Of a stretch of 64,000 bases of DNA, positions 46,331 to 64,000 are shown in pieces; the stretch's first letter is position 1, and each line of letters opens with the position of its first letter. Where the stretch lies: the NCBI RefSeq assembly GCF_009914755.1, contig NC_060944.1; one strand, 5' to 3'. The DNA is from the human T2T-CHM13v2.0 reference genome, Homo sapiens. Made by a program: the position numbers and the translations under genes. The notes below the pieces were generated by a model that was given only the letters and a program-made list of their open reading frames with translations, did no database searches and was not told where the DNA came from.

Positions 46331-47668
46331 TTTACCTAAAAGGGCTCTCACGTCCTAAAGGCTACAGAAAACAATTCATTCGTCTCTCTGTCTGTGAGCA
46401 CCACCACCCCAGCTCCGCGCAAAAAGCAGTACAGTATTATAAGCTATTAACCAGAAAACAGATCATGTGACTTAATTCCACCTCTGCTAAAGGGCTTAAA
46501 ATGCTTCAGTGAGTAGTCTGATATTCGTAAATATACACTTCAACTATTTCTCAAAGAATGATTAACCAGCTCCATCAGAATTGGAACTTGTGCAATCAAG
46601 GAGAAAAAGAGCTGGCAAGAGAAATTTATTGAAAAAATTTTTACCAGCATTACAGATGACTTCTTGCCACCTTTTTTTTTTTTCCTAAGAGTTAGAGGAA
46701 GAAGGAAAGGAAGAAGAATCATTACACAATAATGAATTAAGAAAACTAATTGTGGAAAATTACAAACTCCTTTCACCTCACAAGGTAGCTTTCAAACAAA
46801 CACAACAGGGTATTTGTAGAACCTAAAGACACAGACAGTATTGAAAAGGAGCAGAAAGCAGGAGTGTAACCTTCACTAACTTCTTTCAGAGAGTGGAGAG
46901 GCCTGACAGTGTATGGGCGTGATTATCTCTGGTAGCCCATTCTGGACTAACGATTCTGTGAACCTATAATTTAGAGAGTCCATAATGTCATATGTTCACC
47001 TTACTTATCTCCCTAACCCACTGAGTATTAATTCTCCCAGGCAGGGGACTAGCTTTTTAGGCCACTTGTAAGTCTTGATCAGCTTTAGCTTGAGGATTTG
47101 GGGGTGGGGAGGGATGATGGACAGAAATAAGGTTAGGGTTAGCCTTCAAATGGAAGAAACGGGAATATAAAATCCTCGTCTGTGCTGATCATGCTTCTCA
47201 AGAAAGGCTGAAATTCAGGCCCAGTGAACACACTTGTGGCCTTAACATCTCTCAGAATGAAAGGATTTTCTTCCTTCACAATACCTTTATCAAATTCCAA
47301 CTATTTTCTACTTTTCTTCCTTATACAACCCAGGCGCACGGGTTGAAATAATTTTCCTTAAGAAATCCAGGAAGCTCTGGCCTGGCCCTCCCTCTAGAAA
47401 GGAAAGTCCAAGTAAAGAGGGATGCCACACCTGGGGAAGGGAGAGAGGATGTGACGACACCTCCAGGAATGCAGGGCCCACGCAGGTGCACTGGCACCCA
47501 CGAACTTCCTGATAAATCAGTACCGATAACAGGAGTAAAACTCAACCACCCAACACTCACTCACACAGAGCTGGGGTGCTGCTCCCAGGGTGTGGCCTTG
47601 CCAATCAGGGAGAGGAGGAGGAGACCTAAGAACGGAGCTCTCTAAAGGTGGTGACATGGTATCTAGTC

Positions 47669-48014
47669 CAGCCATGATCAGAGTGTGGTCTCTGGGAGTC
47701 CCTGAGACCCCTTTACGGGGGTCTCTGCAAGGCCAAAACTGCTTTCACAAAACTAAGATGTCATTTGTTCTCATCATTCCCATTGTCTCACGAGTATACA
47801 ATGGAGTTTTCCAGAAGGGACAAGACATGTGATGACATCATCACTCTGATGACTGTTGGAATGCATGCTTGTGTACTCCCATGTTTTGGACACATCCGTT
47901 TTAATTCTAAGATAAATATTGAAAGACATTACACATAAACAAAGTACTTTGGGGTCCTCCATGATTTTTAATAGTGTAAAGGGGTCTTGAAAACAAAAAG
48001 GTTGGGAACTGCTG
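47669..48014 (+). mobile_element. Charlie4a-like hAT DNA transposon
   Basis: Resembles the recalled consensus (gagaccccttt..gggggtc..caaaact, ctcacgagtatacaatggagttttccaga, cacataaacaaag..tttggggtcctc..gtgtaaaggggtc). Flanked by degenerate 8-bp TSDs atctagtc and tgctagtc. Confidence 0.75.
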
Positions 48015-50092
48015 TGCTAGTCCAAACAGGGGAGTTACAGGCCCTGACATGCACTTTATTTCCGGCTGAACTTGAGTCACCTCCTATGTGCTTTCAAACA
48101 GGGGGTGGAGGCAGCTTGCTTATTTATTATACAGCTTGGATTGGTGTCCTTTCCACCTGTGCTGCCACAGGTGGCCAGAAAAACCTTAAATCCTCCCACA
48201 AAACGTCTGGTTACCTGAATCCTCCAGAGGGAAAAAAATGAGCTTCTCGCCTTTGAACCCAAGTGGGGCAAAGAGCCTGCAGAAGGGACACCCTCAGTGG
48301 CAGCACCCAGCAAAGACCCATCTGAGTACCCGCTGGGAGTCGGGTTCTGTGCCACTCAATGCCAGCAAAGCACAAGCCGTCCCTGCGCCTTCGGGAGCTT
48401 TCATTCTAGGCTGGTGGCAGATTACTCACAAAACTCAGATGCACACAAAAATGGGAAACCTGTAACTTGTAACAAGTGCTGGGCAACAGGGGTACAAGTG
48501 TTAGGAGGCCTCCGAGGTGGGCAGGGAGATGAGGGGAGGAAGGTACCCTAACCACTCTTCTTGCCAAATCTCAGGTTGGACCTTCCCCTCCACCTCCATT
48601 CCCCTGCCCCCTTCCTGGCTTGCAGGTTTCAACAGCTCTTGGATTCCCAGGTCCCACAGGGAGACCTTGGGACCTGGGAATCTCCTCCAGCCAAAAGCTT
48701 CAGTCTTCTCCTCTCCTCCCCATGACCCACAGGGTCTGTGTGAAGAGAGGCCGGGCTCTGGGACGTTCAGAGAGGAGGATTCAGCGTTTTGTTGCTCTGG
48801 GACACAGCTTGGTCACTCCGGGAAACGAACACAACCTAGAGGCTGTCATTTGTAGAAACAGCGAATGGCCAAGGAATGGCGGGAGGAGGGAAAAGGAAGA
48901 CTTTTAAAGAAAAAAAAAAAAAAGCCCTGAAAGACTGGACTAGAAATCCTCAGGGAGGCTGGGCCTGCAAGGAGCCTTCCCGCGCCTCAGCCCACTTTCC
49001 TTCCCTCTCGACCTGACGGACTTAAGGCGTGCAGAGTCTCTTCGGACAAAATCAAGCCAAGAGAGCCCTAAGCTTCTCCCCCAGCAACCGCTGCAGAGGC
49101 GGGAAAACTTGAATTTTGCAACCAAGAGTTGCAGCGGGACGCCTAAGCAACGATAAGGGGCGGTGGAGGGGCGTCGTTGGGGGCTGCAGCATCCCAAAGT
49201 GGAAGCGGGAAGGGGGCCCGGCTGGAACCGAATAGCCCCGCAGCGCCTCGGCAACCGGACGGGCGGCGCATCCAATCCCCTGGACCGTGCGTGTGACTGG
49301 CGCGCGCTAAGCGGCGCGAGCCCCGGCGGAGCCGGGCAACCAGGCGCGCGCTCGCGCGTGCGCAAAAGGCCCACCCAGCCGAGCCCTTCTTCAGGTGCGC
49401 TCGCGCTTCCGGCCGGCCTCCCCGCGTGCCTTCCCGGGGCGGAAACTCCAGCACCCGCGCATGCGCCTTCTGGCTCTCCGGCCTGAAGCGGGGCGGAGGG
49501 CCATGGCTTCAGGTGATCCCGCCCCTCCCTCGTAGCGCAGGACCAATCGTGCGGTGGTAGGCGGGGTTTTGAGGAGGCAGCCCGCCCACGCACCGCGCGA
49601 GGCGTGTATCGATTGGTTGGCGCCGCGGGCGCAGGTGCGCGCTTTCTATTGGGTGTGGGCGGAACGCGAGGGATTGCGGCATCTTCGGGGGCTGCAGGTG
49701 AGCGCGCGCACGCGCCGCGGCTGTGGTCCGCTCGGGTGCGCGCGCGCGGGCTCGCGGGGGAGGCGGCAGAGGGAGAGGTTGCGGCGCTTGTGGCCTCCGC
49801 TCCGCCCCCTCCTCTCCTCCAGCGCTGTCGCCGTCGCCGCCGGGGCCCGGAGGGAGGGAGCTGCTTCCCCGCCTGCCGCGCCACCAGTCCGACCCTCGGT
49901 CCCGCCGTGTGAGCAGCTGGTGGAGTGGAGCTCAGCGCGGACGCCGGAGCTGCGGCCGCCCCCTCTGCAGGTGCCTGTGAGGAGGCGCCCGGGCCGCAAC
50001 CGCTTTCCGAGATCCCCAGTCGCGCACTCGCTCCCCGCGCTCCTGAGGGGCCGCCCGGCCGGAGGAGGCCGTCGCGGGGCTCGGCGTTCAGC

Positions 50093-50158
50093 ATGAACCG
50101 CAGCCACCGGCACGGGGCGGGCAGCGGCTGCCTGGGCACTATGGAGGTGAAGAGCAAG
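50093..50158 (+). CDS. PARD6B: PARD6B (par-6 family cell polarity regulator beta) coding exon 1, 22 codons, phase-0 donor
   Basis: The ATG at 50093 gives MNRSHRHGAGSGCLGTMEVKSK, which I recognise as the PARD6B N-terminus. It ends at AAG|GTGCGC (GT at 50159) and lies in a CpG island. Confidence 0.97.
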
Positions 50159-56163
<6,005 letters not shown>

Positions 56164-56386
56164 TTTGGAGCTGAATTTCGTCGGTTTTCGCTGGAAAGAT
56201 CAAAACCTGGAAAATTTGAGGAGTTTTATGGATTACTACAACATGTTCATAAGATCCCCAATGTTGACGTTTTGGTAGGCTATGCAGACATCCATGGAGA
56301 CTTACTACCTATAAATAATGATGATAATTATCACAAAGCTGTTTCAACGGCCAATCCACTGCTTAGGATATTTATACAAAAGAAGG
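56164..56386 (+). CDS. PARD6B: PARD6B coding exon 2 (223 nt), PB1 domain
   Basis: Acceptor tttatag|TTT and donor AAGG|GTAAGT. It translates in frame with exon 1 as [74 protein letters not shown], the Par-6 PB1 domain including the [16 protein letters not shown] motif. It is absent from the supplied ORF track. Confidence 0.97.
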
Positions 56387-56650
56387 GTAAGTATCACTGT
56401 TTAGAAAAATTGTGTTAGAAATAGAAATAGTGTATTTTCCCCACTGAAAGGATACCCAGACTTTGCCACAAACTTAGTGAATAAACATTTTGTGTGAATC
56501 TTCTTATGTTAACTAACATGTGGGTTAAAACATTTGTGATATTGTTGGTTTAATTAATATCTTTATGCTTCACTAAGTGTACTTTAGAAAATTTATATTT
56601 CTAGTTACTTTTGTGTTAACCTCTTTGGTTTTATTTTTCCTTAAGTAGAA

Positions 56651-56686
56651 ATTGGGAATTTATTGAATATTGGGAATTTATTGAAT
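56651..56686. repeat. Perfect 18-bp tandem duplication
   Basis: ATTGGGAATTTATTGAAT twice. Confidence 0.95.
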
Positions 56687-57471
56687 CTTCACTTTATCAA
56701 ATGGATTATTCTCCACTCAGAAAAATGTGAAAAGAGTGTGACTTTGGAATCCAAAGCATTCCTGTTTTTTGGTGGCAACCAACTTTCAAAGGCTGTATTT
56801 ACCAGTTAATAAATACCAGAAACAAAGCCATTTAATCTTCCTGAGTCTCAATGTCTGCACCTATAGAAAGATTATAATATTTTGTAGAATTACTATGAGG
56901 ATTAAATGAGCTAAGTGCAGTGCCCTGGCTTATAGTAAGCACCCAGTAAATACTTTCTTTCTTTTACTTTTAGGATACTTTTTAAAGAAATTGTATAAAA
57001 CTAGTTAATTATCTGGAAAATGAGGTGGGAAGTTACTATTGTGGAGGGATGTAAACACTGATATTAATTAGTCTTCCAAAAAAATTGAAATCACTATTTG
57101 GCAATAACTTTCTTTCTTTCTTTTTTTGTAAAGACTGGGTCTTACTATGTTGCCTGGTCTCCGGTGATCCTCCAGTCCCTGCCTCTCAAAGTGCTGGGAT
57201 TATAGGCATGAGCCACCATGCTCAGCCAAGAATTTTCAAATGTATTTTGAGTCCTAAAACTTTTTTTTTTTAATCTCGTAGCCTCTGTGTGTGTATGTAT
57301 GTGTGTCTGCAGATAGGCAGGGTAGGGCTTATTATGGTATGTACCATTTTTTCCTTTCTCAATTGTAAATGAAGTGGTTTGGGAAGCCAGCATGAGAGCA
57401 TCAAGCCTGGTATTGGGATAAATTAAAGACTTACGGTATTTATAAGCCAACCCAGAAAGTAGCTTGAGAGC

Positions 57472-64000
<6,529 letters not shown>

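Noticed and set aside
49143-50113. Other overlapping 85-180-aa ORFs in the CpG island
   Set aside because: GC-content artefacts present in several frames at once.
48940-50157. 405-aa minus-strand ORF across the PARD6B promoter
   Set aside because: It starts at a non-ATG codon, has low-complexity Ala/Pro/Arg/Gly composition and no recognisable domain. This is the expected stop-poor shadow of a CpG island.

Overview
Human (or very closely related primate) genomic DNA, extremely Alu-rich, recognisable as the RIPOR3 (FAM65C)-PARD6B region of chr20q13.13. The only firm protein-coding content is PARD6B on the + strand. Coding exon 1 (50093-50158, MNRSHRHGAGSGCLGTMEVKSK) lies in a large CpG-island promoter. 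Coding exon 2 (56164-56386) encodes the PB1 domain, and the gene continues past the window end. A second GC-rich, Alu-free zone at about 9.3-10.4 kb carries a minus-strand first exon ending ATG|GTGAGT, which fits the distal first exon of RIPOR3; if so, the two genes are divergent and about 40 kb apart. The remainder is Alu (many nested or inverted), old L1M, L2, MIR, one MLT1 LTR and hAT DNA-transposon relics. Nearly all ORFs in the supplied track are Alu, low-complexity or CpG-island artefacts. I see no new gene or new biological system. The best leads are regulatory: a stop-introducing alternative 3' splice site at PARD6B exon 2, two clusters of E2-boxes (ZEB/SNAIL type), a possible non-AUG N-terminal extension of PARD6B, uORFs in the RIPOR3 first exon, and inverted Alus bracketing exon 2. 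There are also several template-switch or templated-insertion scars and a young nested AluY. Repeat subfamily names are from recall of consensus sequences and repeat boundaries are approximate.
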